This document shows, piece by piece, positions 8,488 to 17,404 of a stretch of DNA of 47,040 nucleotides. The notes beneath the pieces were generated by a model. It did no database searches, was not told the origin of the DNA, and worked only from the letters and a program-made list of their open reading frames with translations. How positions within the stretch are numbered: the first letter of the stretch is position 1; each line of letters begins with the position of its first letter. A program made the position numbers and the translations under genes. The DNA is from a virus (Duplodnaviria; Caudoviricetes), in IMG/VR virus record IMGVR_UViG_3300031228_000010, positions 1-47,040 of that record. One strand, 5' to 3'.

Positions 8488-8666
8488 AACCGGAAGCATG
8501 GCTCAAGCGGGTGATGGTTCGGCGTGCACCGTCCGAAGCAGCGGCCCCAATCGGTGAACTCCGGGAGATCACCGAGGACGACCAAGGCCTCTATGTCATG
8601 GTGAGGTTGAATGACAGCGAGGCGGCCGAGTCGATCCGTCGATCAATCAAGGGCATCTACGAATGA
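8484..8666 (+). CDS. hypothetical protein resembling a fragment of HK97 prohead protease
   Basis: PIGELREITEDDQGLYVMVRL; ATGA coupling on both sides. Confidence 0.5.
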   Translation: MKPEAWLKRVMVRRAPSEAAAPIGELREITEDDQGLYVMVRLNDSEAAESIRRSIKGIYE

Positions 8667-8848
8667 CCCGCGTACCAGTATCCGTCGCCCTCCTCATGCT
8701 GGCCCAGTCCGGCTACCACCTCACACCTGCAGCGCTGAGGCAGTGGGTACGTCGAGGCCACATCACCCGAGGCAAGGGCGGCTACTGTGTGCGCGAGATC
8801 GTGGCGTACATGGACCGACGTGAGGCGCGCGACACGCAGGCGGCGTGA
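8663..8848 (+). CDS. small helix-turn-helix DNA-binding protein
   Basis: TPAALRQWVRRGHI...Y. Confidence 0.7.
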   Translation: MTRVPVSVALLMLAQSGYHLTPAALRQWVRRGHITRGKGGYCVREIVAYMDRREARDTQAA

Positions 8849-8851
8849 TCG

Positions 8852-8880
8852 TTGCACCTGCTCAGATGTTGTGTCACGCT
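8852..8880 (+). promoter_or_regulatory. candidate late promoter
   Basis: TTGCAC-17 bp-CACGCT in the intergenic gap upstream of the late operon. Confidence 0.45.
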
Positions 8881-8914
8881 TCCTCTTGAGGACGTGTGTC
8901 CTCACATGTGCTTG

Positions 8915-8944
8915 CGCCCCGGTCCCACGCGCCGGGGCGTTTCT
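8915..8944 (+). terminator. intrinsic terminator-like hairpin
   Basis: CGCCCCGG-9 nt-CCGGGGCG then TTTCT. Confidence 0.6.
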
Positions 8945-8962
8945 CATTGCAGGAGGGTCCCG

Positions 8963-9205
8963 ATGCGCGCATGGATCGTGGCCAAGCCCATCATCGGGAT
9001 CGGTATCGCAGCCTACGAGGCAGCGGCGTTGGCGGTTAGGGACGACGCGGCACTACCGACCATCACCCACCTATGCCACGAGCACAAGGCGCTGGCCGTC
9101 GGCATCACGGCATGGGTCGCGTTGCACCTGATCTTCCCCGAGCTGACGCCAGCCGTGGTGCGTGGTGTGGTGGACATGGTGCGTGCACATGCCGCGGTCG
9201 GGTAA
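8963..9205 (+). CDS. small membrane protein
   Basis: AGGAGG RBS; two hydrophobic segments. Confidence 0.65.
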   Translation: MRAWIVAKPIIGIGIAAYEAAALAVRDDAALPTITHLCHEHKALAVGITAWVALHLIFPELTPAVVRGVVDMVRAHAAVG

Positions 9206-9461
9206 CACCACTGAGCGTGGCTACGGCAACGAACACCAGGCGCTACGAGCACGGGTCCGCGACAAGATCGCCGAGCAGGGTGGCGCGCAGTGCTGGCGCT
9301 GCCGTCAGGTGATCACGCCATGGGAGCCATGGGACCTCGGCCACGACGACCACGACCGCGGCGTCTACCGGGGGCCGGAGCATCGGGCCTGCAACCGGTC
9401 GGCAGGAGCCCGCAAAACCAACCGGCGGAGATCCAGACGTGCTGTTGATCGCGACTGGTGA
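9189..9461 (+). CDS. HNH endonuclease (packaging-associated)
   Basis: RGYG..HQ...CWRC...WDLGH...GPEHRACN; last gene before terminase. Confidence 0.85.
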   Translation: MPRSGNTTERGYGNEHQALRARVRDKIAEQGGAQCWRCRQVITPWEPWDLGHDDHDRGVYRGPEHRACNRSAGARKTNRRRSRRAVDRDW

Positions 9462-9592
9462 TCTTCGGAAGATCAAACCGGGCGATCGTTGATCGACTGC
9501 AGGCCTCTGACCTGCGGTTTTTTAGCTTGATCCACATCGTCTGACCCGTCGCAGCCAAACTTTTTTCCCCCCGCACGGATCCTGGAGGGTCG
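9462..9592. other. candidate cos/packaging initiation region
   Basis: Intergenic HNH-terS gap with T-runs and short palindromes; position typical of HK97-type cos phages. Confidence 0.45.
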
Positions 9593-10123
9593 ATGCCTGA
9601 CTCGGCCGTGGTCCGTAACAGGCGAAGTCGCAAGCATAAGCGCGATGACCACTCGGAATGCCTTCTCGGCCACTGCGATGCGGTTACGCCGCAGGTCAGC
9701 GAGCCGATTACGCCGCCTGTTACGGACGTACCGCAACTCAGTGCGGCAGGTTCTCAGCTGTGGCGGGACATGTCGCAGGGCCTTGCACCGATGCATCGGG
9801 TCCTCCTGCTGGAGGCGTGCCGCATCGCTGATCGGCTGGACAAGCTGGACCGGAAGCTGCGCGGCGAGGATCGCGATTGGCTGACGCTCCAACTGCCGGA
9901 GGATGGCTCGATCGCAGTGGTCGTGGTCGACAAGGCGCTAAGCGAGGCTCGGCAGCAGGCGACGGCGCTGAAGCAGATCGTCGCGGAGCTGCGGCAGACG
10001 ACCGCGGTCAAGCAGGGCAAGCCCGTGCCGTCCAGGCAACCGTCCACTGCGGGAGGTACGGGTGGCTCCCTTAGTGACCTCACCGCCCGCATCGCTCAGA
10101 GGGACGGAGCATCCGCGGGTTGA
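9593..10123 (+). CDS. terminase small subunit
   Basis: LLLEACRIADRLDKLD...EARQQATALKQIVAEL; precedes large terminase. Confidence 0.8.
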   Translation: MPDSAVVRNRRSRKHKRDDHSECLLGHCDAVTPQVSEPITPPVTDVPQLSAAGSQLWRDMSQGLAPMHRVLLLEACRIADRLDKLDRKLRGEDRDWLTLQLPEDGSIAVVVVDKALSEARQQATALKQIVAELRQTTAVKQGKPVPSRQPSTAGGTGGSLSDLTARIAQRDGASAG

Positions 10124-11600
10124 CCTCCGGCCGCACGTCGAGGTCTCGCACAGTCTCGGCGATGTGGCGGTTGAGCTGACTCGCCGCGCCGGCCAGACGT
10201 TGGAACCGTGGCAGCAGGACTCCATCAACGTGATGATGTCCGTCCGCCCTGACGGCAAGTGGGCGTGCTTCGAGTATGCGGAGTGGGTCGCACGGCAGAA
10301 CGGCAAGGGCGCGATCTTGGAGTGCCGCGCGCTCGCGGGGCTGCTGCTGCTGGGCGAGATGGAGATCTTGTGGAGCGCGCACGAGTACAAGACGGCGATG
10401 CTCGGGTTCCGGAGGCTGCGGTGGCTGATTCGCCAACTCGGGGTGCAGGTCGACAAGGATGGCCTGTTGTGGGATATCGACGGCGTCCAAGTCAAGATCC
10501 ACGGCACGCATGGCGAGGAAGGTTTCGAACGTCTCGACACCGAGGCCCGGATCAAGTTCGTCGCGAGATCGAAGGGCTCGGGCCGGGGGTTCTCCGGAGA
10601 TCTGATCATCATCGACGAAGCGTTCGCCTACACGGCGGTGATGCATGACGCGCTGTTGCCGACGTTGTTGGCGCGGCCGAACGGCCAGATCGTTTTCACG
10701 TCCACACCGCCGCTGACGGGTGGCGCTGAGGCGGGCGAGGTCATGTACGACCTCAAGGTGCGCGCTGAGGCGGGCGGGGATGACGGTCTCGGCTACCGCG
10801 ACTGGGGTGTCGCGGGGACGCTGGAGGATCGGGAGAAGCTCGATCTGGACGACCCTCGGCTGTGGGTCCAGTCCAACCCTGCGCTCGGTCTCGGCCGGGT
10901 GACGCTGGAGACGATCCGCAAGCTGAAGCGGTCGATGGGCGAGTTGGGTTTCGCCCGCGAGGTGCTGTGCCTGTGGCCAAAGCGGCTGACCTTGGGCGGC
11001 ATCTTCGAGATGAAGCAGTGGTCGGACTGCGCCGATGTCGAGTCGCAGGCGTTGGACCCGGTGGCGCTCGCGGTGGCAACGGCGAAGGACCGCACCTGGT
11101 CGGCTATCGCCGCCGCTGGTCGGCGCGAGGACGGCAAGGTCCACGTCACGGTGATCGACTATCGCCCGAACACCGACTGGGTGGTCGGGCGTCTCGCTGA
11201 GCTCGCGGCGAAGTGGAGCCCGTGCGCTGTGGGGCTCGACCCTGCAGGGCCGGAGGGGTCGCTGATCAAGGCGATCGAGGAAGCTGAAATCACGACCCGC
11301 TGCTCCTGCCACGGCGAGCAGGGCGTGCAGCTGCTGTCGGCCCGCGAATTCACGCAGGCATGCGGGCTGGTGTTCGACAACGTGAAGAACGGCCGCTTGA
11401 TCCACCTCGACCAGGGGCACCTGAACTTGTCGGTGGAGCGGGCGCAGACCAAACCGTCCGGCGATGGCGGGGCATGGGTGTTCTCCCGGAAGCTATCGGA
11501 GGTGGACATCTCGCCGCTGATCGCGGTTGCCGCTGCCGCTTTCCTTCACGCCGAACACGGCGTGGAACCGGACTACGACGTGATGGCAAGCATCGGATGA
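10062..11600 (+). CDS. terminase large subunit
   Basis: PWQ, VARQNGKG (Walker A), LIIIDEA (Walker B), NPALG, C-terminal nuclease domain. Confidence 0.95.
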   Translation: MAPLVTSPPASLRGTEHPRVDLRPHVEVSHSLGDVAVELTRRAGQTLEPWQQDSINVMMSVRPDGKWACFEYAEWVARQNGKGAILECRALAGLLLLGEMEILWSAHEYKTAMLGFRRLRWLIRQLGVQVDKDGLLWDIDGVQVKIHGTHGEEGFERLDTEARIKFVARSKGSGRGFSGDLIIIDEAFAYTAVMHDALLPTLLARPNGQIVFTSTPPLTGGAEAGEVMYDLKVRAEAGGDDGLGYRDWGVAGTLEDREKLDLDDPRLWVQSNPALGLGRVTLETIRKLKRSMGELGFAREVLCLWPKRLTLGGIFEMKQWSDCADVESQALDPVALAVATAKDRTWSAIAAAGRREDGKVHVTVIDYRPNTDWVVGRLAELAAKWSPCAVGLDPAGPEGSLIKAIEEAEITTRCSCHGEQGVQLLSAREFTQACGLVFDNVKNGRLIHLDQGHLNLSVERAQTKPSGDGGAWVFSRKLSEVDISPLIAVAAAAFLHAEHGVEPDYDVMASIG

Positions 11601-11611
11601 GGGGAGGCATC

Positions 11612-11785
11612 GTGCGTGACACTGCGACGACCCTCCTTGACGTGCTTGCGGTGCTGTTGCTCGCCGCCGCTGCTGGCGTCGGGCTGGCCGCAATTGAACT
11701 GTGGCTGGGCCTCCTCTCCGCCGGGCTGGTGGTCCTCGCTGCGTCGCAGGCATCGGCGGTCACCGGCAAAGGGGCTAAGCGGTGA
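11612..11785 (+). CDS. small membrane protein between terL and portal
   Basis: GGAGG RBS; almost entirely hydrophobic. Confidence 0.65.
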   Translation: MRDTATTLLDVLAVLLLAAAAGVGLAAIELWLGLLSAGLVVLAASQASAVTGKGAKR

Positions 11786-12972
11786 GCCTGTTCGGCAGAC
11801 GGCAGGCGGAGCAGCGCGCCGTCACTGAGGTCCCATGGGATCATGGCGGCGACATTCGCGGGTCGTCGATGACGCAGGATCGGGCGCTGCGCCTCGCGCC
11901 AGTGTTCGCGGCGAACCGCCACCTGGTGGACAACATCTCCACCCTGCCGCTGAAGCCGTTCCGCAAGATCGGTGACGAACGCCAGCCGATGAGGACGCTA
12001 CCGCCGCTGTTCCAGTTCATGGACGAGGATGGAACATTGTCGGACTGGTTGACGAAGGCTGTCCTGTCGATGGGCATCCAGGGCAACGCGATCGGAATCG
12101 TCACGAACCTGGACCAGTTCGGGTTCCCGACGGCCGTGAATTGGCGACCACGCGGTGAGTTCACCGTGGACGACACCAGCCCCGCGCGCCCGCAGTGGTA
12201 CTGGAACGGCCGGAGGATCGACACGGATCAGGTCGTCCACATCCCATGGCTCACCGTTCCGGGGAGGACACTGGGGCTGTCCCCCCTCGAGGCGTTCGCG
12301 CTATCCGTGGATGCGGGGATCACCGCCCAAGAGTTCGGCAACGGATGGTTCGCCGCCGGCGGGGTTCCGCCGGGGACGTTCAAGAACACCAGCAAGACGG
12401 TCAACCAGGAGGAAGCCGCGAAGATCAAGGCGCGCCTGGTGCGAGCGATCAAGTCGCGGGAGCCGATCGTGTACGGCTCTGACTGGGAGTTCAGCCCGAT
12501 CACGATCCCGCCGAATCAGGCGCAGTTCGTGGAGACGCAAAAGCTCACCGCGAACCAGATCGCCTCGATCTACGGCATCGCGCCGGATGAGGTCGGCGGG
12601 GAGGCTGCGAACTCGCTGACCTACGCGAACGAGGAGATGCGACAGACGACGCGCATGGCGAATCTGCGTCCTTGGCTTGTGCGTCTCGAAGCTGGGTTCG
12701 CGAAGCTGCTGCCGAAGCCGCAGTACGTGCGGTTCGCCGCTGATGCGGTGGTCCGCGCCGACATCAAGGCGCGCCACGAAACGTACCGGATCGCCCGAGA
12801 CATCGGGATCATGTCTATCAATGAGATCAGGGCACTTGAGGACAGGCAGCCCCTGCCACCAGGGCAGGGCGGCGACGATCACACGCCGTTGGCGAAGAAG
12901 GACCCGGAGGTCCAGGCACGGGAAGCCGACCTCACTCTGAATGGGAGCAAGAGATGGCAGATTCCAGCGTGA
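11782..12972 (+). CDS. portal protein, HK97 family
   Basis: GLSPL...F..GGVPPG...QFVETQK...IASIYGI...SINEIRALED. Confidence 0.95.
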   Translation: MSLFGRRQAEQRAVTEVPWDHGGDIRGSSMTQDRALRLAPVFAANRHLVDNISTLPLKPFRKIGDERQPMRTLPPLFQFMDEDGTLSDWLTKAVLSMGIQGNAIGIVTNLDQFGFPTAVNWRPRGEFTVDDTSPARPQWYWNGRRIDTDQVVHIPWLTVPGRTLGLSPLEAFALSVDAGITAQEFGNGWFAAGGVPPGTFKNTSKTVNQEEAAKIKARLVRAIKSREPIVYGSDWEFSPITIPPNQAQFVETQKLTANQIASIYGIAPDEVGGEAANSLTYANEEMRQTTRMANLRPWLVRLEAGFAKLLPKPQYVRFAADAVVRADIKARHETYRIARDIGIMSINEIRALEDRQPLPPGQGGDDHTPLAKKDPEVQAREADLTLNGSKRWQIPA

Positions 12973-13631
12973 GCGCGACCGAGCGCAGGTTCACCGCGGT
13001 CCCGGTGGAACTCCGGGCCAAGGATGAGCTACGCATCGGCGGCTATGCCGCTAAGTTCGACCGTTCTTCGAAAAACCTCGGCGGGTTCGTCGAGGTCATC
13101 GACCCGGGCGCGTTCAACATGTCCCGCGGTGAGGCGTGGCCCGATGTGATCGCCCGATATAACCACGACGACAACATGCTGCTCGGCACCGTGGGCGGTG
13201 GCACGCTGCGTCTGTCTCTCGACAAGGTGGGTCTCGACTACGAGGTCGACCTTCCGGCGGCGCGGGCCGACATCGCCGAGCTGGTGCGTCGGGGAGATGT
13301 CCGCAAGTCTTCGTTCGCGTTCCGGGTGATGCCGGATGGGGACGACTGGGAGATGAACGACGTCGGGGTGCCTGTTCGGCGGCTGGTGAACGTCCAGCTG
13401 GTCGATGTGGCCCCGGTCAACACTCCTGCCTACAACGACACCACCTCTGGGCTGCGGTCGCTGGCGGACAAGATGGGTGCCGACCTTGATGAGGTTCGCA
13501 GCCTCGCCGCCTCGGATGATCTGCGGAAGTTCTTCGTGCGCACCGATGCGCCGTCGGCCCCGAAGAAGAAGGTGTTCGGTCCGGTCGCGATGGCCGAGTT
13601 GCTGGCGATGAAGGAAGACCCCTGGGCGTAG
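12954..13631 (+). CDS. prohead protease, HK97 family
   Basis: GYAAKF..S..LGGFVEVI, YNHD, SSFAF, DVAPVNTPAY. Confidence 0.95.
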   Translation: MADSSVSATERRFTAVPVELRAKDELRIGGYAAKFDRSSKNLGGFVEVIDPGAFNMSRGEAWPDVIARYNHDDNMLLGTVGGGTLRLSLDKVGLDYEVDLPAARADIAELVRRGDVRKSSFAFRVMPDGDDWEMNDVGVPVRRLVNVQLVDVAPVNTPAYNDTTSGLRSLADKMGADLDEVRSLAASDDLRKFFVRTDAPSAPKKKVFGPVAMAELLAMKEDPWA

Positions 13632-13649
13632 GCCCGGATTGATCAAGGC

Positions 13650-13778
13650 GCGGCACTGGTAGGGCTCTCCCGCCGGTGCCGTGTAGCACGGTAGCTGACA
13701 GCGTTCGGCCGCCCGGTAGCAGAAAGCGCCGGGCACCGCGGTGCACCCCGCTGGGTGTGGTGGCGAACGAGCTCCGGT
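13650..13778 (+). ncRNA. candidate structured cis-RNA upstream of the capsid gene
   Basis: Several stems and three GGTAG motifs (13658, 13690, 13715), two with the same UA/G internal loop. Confidence 0.35.
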
Positions 13779-13811
13779 TCGAGATCCAACCATTCGGACG
13801 GGAGTCCAACC

Positions 13812-15023
13812 ATGTCAGAAGTCACGAAGAAGTTGCGCGACCGCCGCAACAACGTGTGGGAGCAGGCCAAGGGCATCGCGGAGTGCGCCTCCGAGGAGAA
13901 CCGCGAGTTCACCGCGGAGGAGCAGGGCCAGTGGGACGCCCACAACGAGGAGATCAACAAGCTCGACAAGCGCATCAAGTCCGCGCTGGACACCGAGGCT
14001 CGCGCCAAGGAGGCCGAGGAGACGTTCAATCGCCTCGAGGGCAAGCCTGTCGAGCGCCAGGGCCAGGAGGAGCAGCAGGGCGCGAGCGAGCTGCGCGCGT
14101 GGATCCGCGGCGACGGTGGCCGTTCGTTCGTCGTCCCGAACATCCGGGGCGCTGAGCAGCGCGACCGGACCACTTCGAACTCGGGCGGCGTGGTCCCGAC
14201 GAGCTTCCGCGCGAAGCTGTGGGAGTACCTGATCGAGACGTCCGGTGTGCTGTCGGCTGGCGTTGACCTGCTGGAGACCGATTCCGGCGAGACGATCAAA
14301 CTCCCCCGGGTGACTGCTCACTCCGCTGCGGCATCTCAGACGGAGGGTTCGGCGATCACGGAGAGCGACCCGGCGCTGGGCTCGGTGGACTCCACTGTCT
14401 CGAAGGAGGGCTACCTGGTGCAGCTCTCCCGTGAACTGGTGGATGACTCCGGCGTGGACATCGAGGGCTACCTTGCCCGTTCCGCTGGCCGGGCGCTCGG
14501 TAACGCGATCGGTGCTACCGCTGTCACCGCCGCCGTGGCGGGGGCCTCCGCTGGCGTCACCACGGCCGCCGGTCTGACCACCGGGTTCGGCACGCAGTCG
14601 ACGGCCAACCAGGGCTTCGACTACTTGATCGACCTGTTCCACTCGGTTATCGACCCGTACCGCCGCAGCTCGTCCTGCGCGTGGCTGATGTCGGATGTCA
14701 CCGCCGGGAAGGTCCGCAAGATCAAGTCGGCGGATGGCGTCTACGCCTGGCAGCCTGCGGTCACCGTGGGGCAGCCGGACACCGTCCTCGGTAAGCCGGT
14801 GTACATCGACACGAACGTGGCCGACCCGGCCGCTACTGCGGAGTCGATCCTGTTCGGCGACTGGCTGTCACTGGTCGTCCGCATCGCAGGTGGCATCCGA
14901 TTCGAGCGTTCGGACGACTTCGCGTTCGGCTCCGACCTGGTGTCGTACCGGGCGCTGGTCCGTCACGGCTCGGTGTCGGTCGACGCGAACGCGCTCAAGT
15001 CGCTGACGCACGCCGCAGCGTGA
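13812..15023 (+). CDS. major capsid protein, HK97 fold with N-terminal delta domain
   Basis: Coiled-coil N-terminus; GGVVPTSF, EG..I.ES, SRELVDDS, LGKPV, FGD. Confidence 0.95.
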   Translation: MSEVTKKLRDRRNNVWEQAKGIAECASEENREFTAEEQGQWDAHNEEINKLDKRIKSALDTEARAKEAEETFNRLEGKPVERQGQEEQQGASELRAWIRGDGGRSFVVPNIRGAEQRDRTTSNSGGVVPTSFRAKLWEYLIETSGVLSAGVDLLETDSGETIKLPRVTAHSAAASQTEGSAITESDPALGSVDSTVSKEGYLVQLSRELVDDSGVDIEGYLARSAGRALGNAIGATAVTAAVAGASAGVTTAAGLTTGFGTQSTANQGFDYLIDLFHSVIDPYRRSSSCAWLMSDVTAGKVRKIKSADGVYAWQPAVTVGQPDTVLGKPVYIDTNVADPAATAESILFGDWLSLVVRIAGGIRFERSDDFAFGSDLVSYRALVRHGSVSVDANALKSLTHAAA

Positions 15024-15027
15024 TCCG

Positions 15028-15064
15028 GATGGGCTCCAGGTTCCTTCGGGGCCTGGAGCCCATC
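15028..15064 (+). terminator. strong hairpin after the capsid gene (cUUCGg loop)
   Basis: GATGGGCTCCAGG...CCTGGAGCCCATC, 13-bp perfect stem; no U-tract. Confidence 0.65.
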
Positions 15065-15083
15065 ACTATCCAAGGAGGCACGT

Positions 15084-15350
15084 GTGAAGGTTCGCATGAA
15101 GGCGCAGATCCTCGGTGCCCGCAACGGTGTCCGCTGGCCCGCTCCGGGCGGGGTGGTCGACGTCATGGACGCGGAGGCACGGAAGCTGCTCGCCTCCGGC
15201 CTGGCGGAGCCTGTCGTCGAAGACAACGCGGAGACGGCCGTGGACAAGCGGCCGGCGGAGAGGCGCAAGCGCTCCCGTGGCGTTCCGGCCGCAGAGAAGG
15301 CTGACGACCCGAACGAGCACTCGGACACCGAGGGCAGTGATGGCGACTGA
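15084..15350 (+). CDS. small head-associated hypothetical protein
   Basis: AAGGAGG RBS; G.RNG..WP..G...EA..L...G.AEPV. Confidence 0.75.
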   Translation: MKVRMKAQILGARNGVRWPAPGGVVDVMDAEARKLLASGLAEPVVEDNAETAVDKRPAERRKRSRGVPAAEKADDPNEHSDTEGSDGD

Positions 15351-15879
15351 GATCGTCACCCTCGTCGAGGTCAAGGCGCACCTGAGCAAGACGTCTAGCA
15401 GCGACGACACGGAACTGCTGGGGTTCATCGCCGCAGCCGAGCCGATTGTCGAGTTCTACGTCGGGCCGGTCATCGACGCCACCATCACGGAGCGCCACTC
15501 CGGCTTTATCGCGCTCCGCAGGCTGCCCGCGAAGACTCTCACGTCGGTGACTGCCGTCTACACGGCCGGCACGTCGTGGAATGTGGCCGACCTCGACCTC
15601 GACACCGAGTCGGGGATCGTGACCCGGCTCGACGGCGGCGCGCTGTACGGCGGTCCGTGGGAGGTCGTCTACACCGTCGGCCGCACCACCGTGGACGACA
15701 ATATCAAGGTCGCCACGAAGATCATCGTGAAGCATCTGTGGGAGACGCAGCGCGGTTCGATGCCGCGTCTGGGCATGGACGGCGGCGACGTCCTCGTCCA
15801 GCCGGGCGTCTCGTATGCGGTGCCGCGCCGGGCGTTGGAGTTGCTGCGGCCTGACACCGCCGCGTCGGGTATCGCATGA
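15340..15879 (+). CDS. head-tail adaptor
   Basis: IVTLVEVKAHL...DDTELLGFIAAA...HLWETQRG. Confidence 0.85.
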   Translation: MATEIVTLVEVKAHLSKTSSSDDTELLGFIAAAEPIVEFYVGPVIDATITERHSGFIALRRLPAKTLTSVTAVYTAGTSWNVADLDLDTESGIVTRLDGGALYGGPWEVVYTVGRTTVDDNIKVATKIIVKHLWETQRGSMPRLGMDGGDVLVQPGVSYAVPRRALELLRPDTAASGIA

Positions 15880-16295
15880 GCGCGATCCCGGGTGCGCTCG
15901 ACAGCCTGGTGTCGCTGTTCGATGCCGCCTTGTCGATCAAGGTTTCTGACGGCCCGACGATCGTCGACTTCGAGCAGGACGGCTTGGCGGTCGGCTGGAT
16001 GCCGGAGCAGATCGCGGTGTCGAGCACCGAGCGGGACTCCAGCCTGGGAGACCGCGGCGAGTCGTTCGATGTCCGCAACTTCTTGTGGGCCAGGACGGGC
16101 GACACGGACGTGAAGCCTGTCCGTGACCGGCTGTTCGGCTACATCGACCAGGTCAACGCGACGCTGCGGGCGAACAAGCGGCTCGGCGGTGCCGTCACCC
16201 GGGCAACGCTGACGGTGAACGACTTCGGCCAGGGTCAGACGACCGACGGCGCGTGGGCGACGGCCATGTTGACGATCCACTGTGACGCGCTGTGA
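15876..16295 (+). CDS. head-tail joining / tail terminator-like protein
   Basis: Synteny and size; LRANKRLGGAV. Confidence 0.6.
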   Translation: MSAIPGALDSLVSLFDAALSIKVSDGPTIVDFEQDGLAVGWMPEQIAVSSTERDSSLGDRGESFDVRNFLWARTGDTDVKPVRDRLFGYIDQVNATLRANKRLGGAVTRATLTVNDFGQGQTTDGAWATAMLTIHCDAL

Positions 16296-16729
16296 CCACC
16301 CCTGGCCAGGATCCGGATCGGATCGTCGCCGAGCTCGTCGCCGCGTTCGGGAAGATCCCCCTCCAGTTTCGCAAGGATGTCGGCCCGCAGCTGAAGCAGG
16401 CTGCCGATCCGATCCTCGCGGAGGCCAAGTCGCTGGCTGCGTGGTCGCAACGCATCCCGGATGCGATCCGCGCGTCGGCTCGGCTGTCCAGGCGTAGGCA
16501 GGGTGTGGCGCTGGTGGTGGACCGCAAGCGCGCGCCGCATGCCCGCGCCTACGAAGGCTTGGGGACCAGTGGCGACACGTTCCGGCACCGGGTGTACGGG
16601 CAGGACATCTGGGCCGAGGAGAAGAAGCGCCCGTTCCTGATGCCGCCAGTGGCCCAGCACCGGGACGACGTGTTCGACGCCGTCGCCAAGGCGATCGACG
16701 AATCTGCCCGCAAGCATGGCTGGAGGTAA
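16292..16729 (+). CDS. HK97 gp10-like tail component
   Basis: A.HARAYE...RPFLMP; synteny. Confidence 0.65.
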   Translation: MTTPGQDPDRIVAELVAAFGKIPLQFRKDVGPQLKQAADPILAEAKSLAAWSQRIPDAIRASARLSRRRQGVALVVDRKRAPHARAYEGLGTSGDTFRHRVYGQDIWAEEKKRPFLMPPVAQHRDDVFDAVAKAIDESARKHGWR

Positions 16730-16918
16730 ATGGCAATGGCGAACGTGACCTTGTACCACCCGAAGCTCGACCGCGACCACGACTTCCCCGAGGAGTCAGT
16801 GGAGCAGTGGAAGCTCGCCGGTTGGCAGGAGAAGAAGAAGCGCAAGGCCCCCGCTCGATTGGGCGAGGAAACCATGACCGCTGCCGCGTCGGAGCGGCAT
16901 GATGCAGAGGAGCACTAA
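16730..16918 (+). CDS. hypothetical protein
   Basis: GGAGG RBS; LYHP...V..W...GW. Confidence 0.6.
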   Translation: MAMANVTLYHPKLDRDHDFPEESVEQWKLAGWQEKKKRKAPARLGEETMTAAASERHDAEEH

Positions 16919-17404
16919 ATGGCACCCCCGGCCCTAGCGACATCGACCAGGTACTTCGACCCGGAGACCACCAAGATCTACTTCATTCCGACGATCGCCA
17001 CCGTGACGGCACCGACACGCCTGGAGATCGACGCCGGCACCGACCTGTCCGATGAGATCGCGGACCTGTCCGGTTGGGTCGTGTCGGGCGAGGACATTCC
17101 GACCCCGGACGCGGGCTCCCGGTTCACCAGCAACATCCCGGGCCGGATCAACGCGGAAGGCTCCTCGCTGACGTTCTACGCGTCGGACGATGGGGTCGAC
17201 GTCCGCACGGTCCTGCCGCGCGACACGAATGGCTTCATCGCGTGGATGGACGGCGGCGACGTCGCAGCCAACAAGATGGACGTCTACCCGGTCCGAGTGT
17301 TGTCCAACGGCAAGATGCGGAACCTGGGAAACGAGGCTGCCAAGTTGCAGGTGCAGTTCTCGATCACGTCCAAGCCGGCCGAGAACGTCGCAGTACCGAC
17401 GTGA
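16919..17404 (+). CDS. major tail (tube) protein
   Basis: APTRLEIDAGTDLS...TPD.GSRFTSNIPG...DVYPV. Confidence 0.85.
   Translation: MAPPALATSTRYFDPETTKIYFIPTIATVTAPTRLEIDAGTDLSDEIADLSGWVVSGEDIPTPDAGSRFTSNIPGRINAEGSSLTFYASDDGVDVRTVLPRDTNGFIAWMDGGDVAANKMDVYPVRVLSNGKMRNLGNEAAKLQVQFSITSKPAENVAVPT

Noticed and set aside
8852-8860. TTGCACCTG shared with the att core (36432-36440)
   Set aside because: A 9-bp match is expected by chance in 47 kb
10080-11420. 446-aa minus-strand ORF
   Set aside because: Antisense shadow of terL; high GC3 suppresses stops; no motifs
15669-16943. 424-aa minus-strand ORF
   Set aside because: Arg/Pro-rich shadow across four well-supported neck genes
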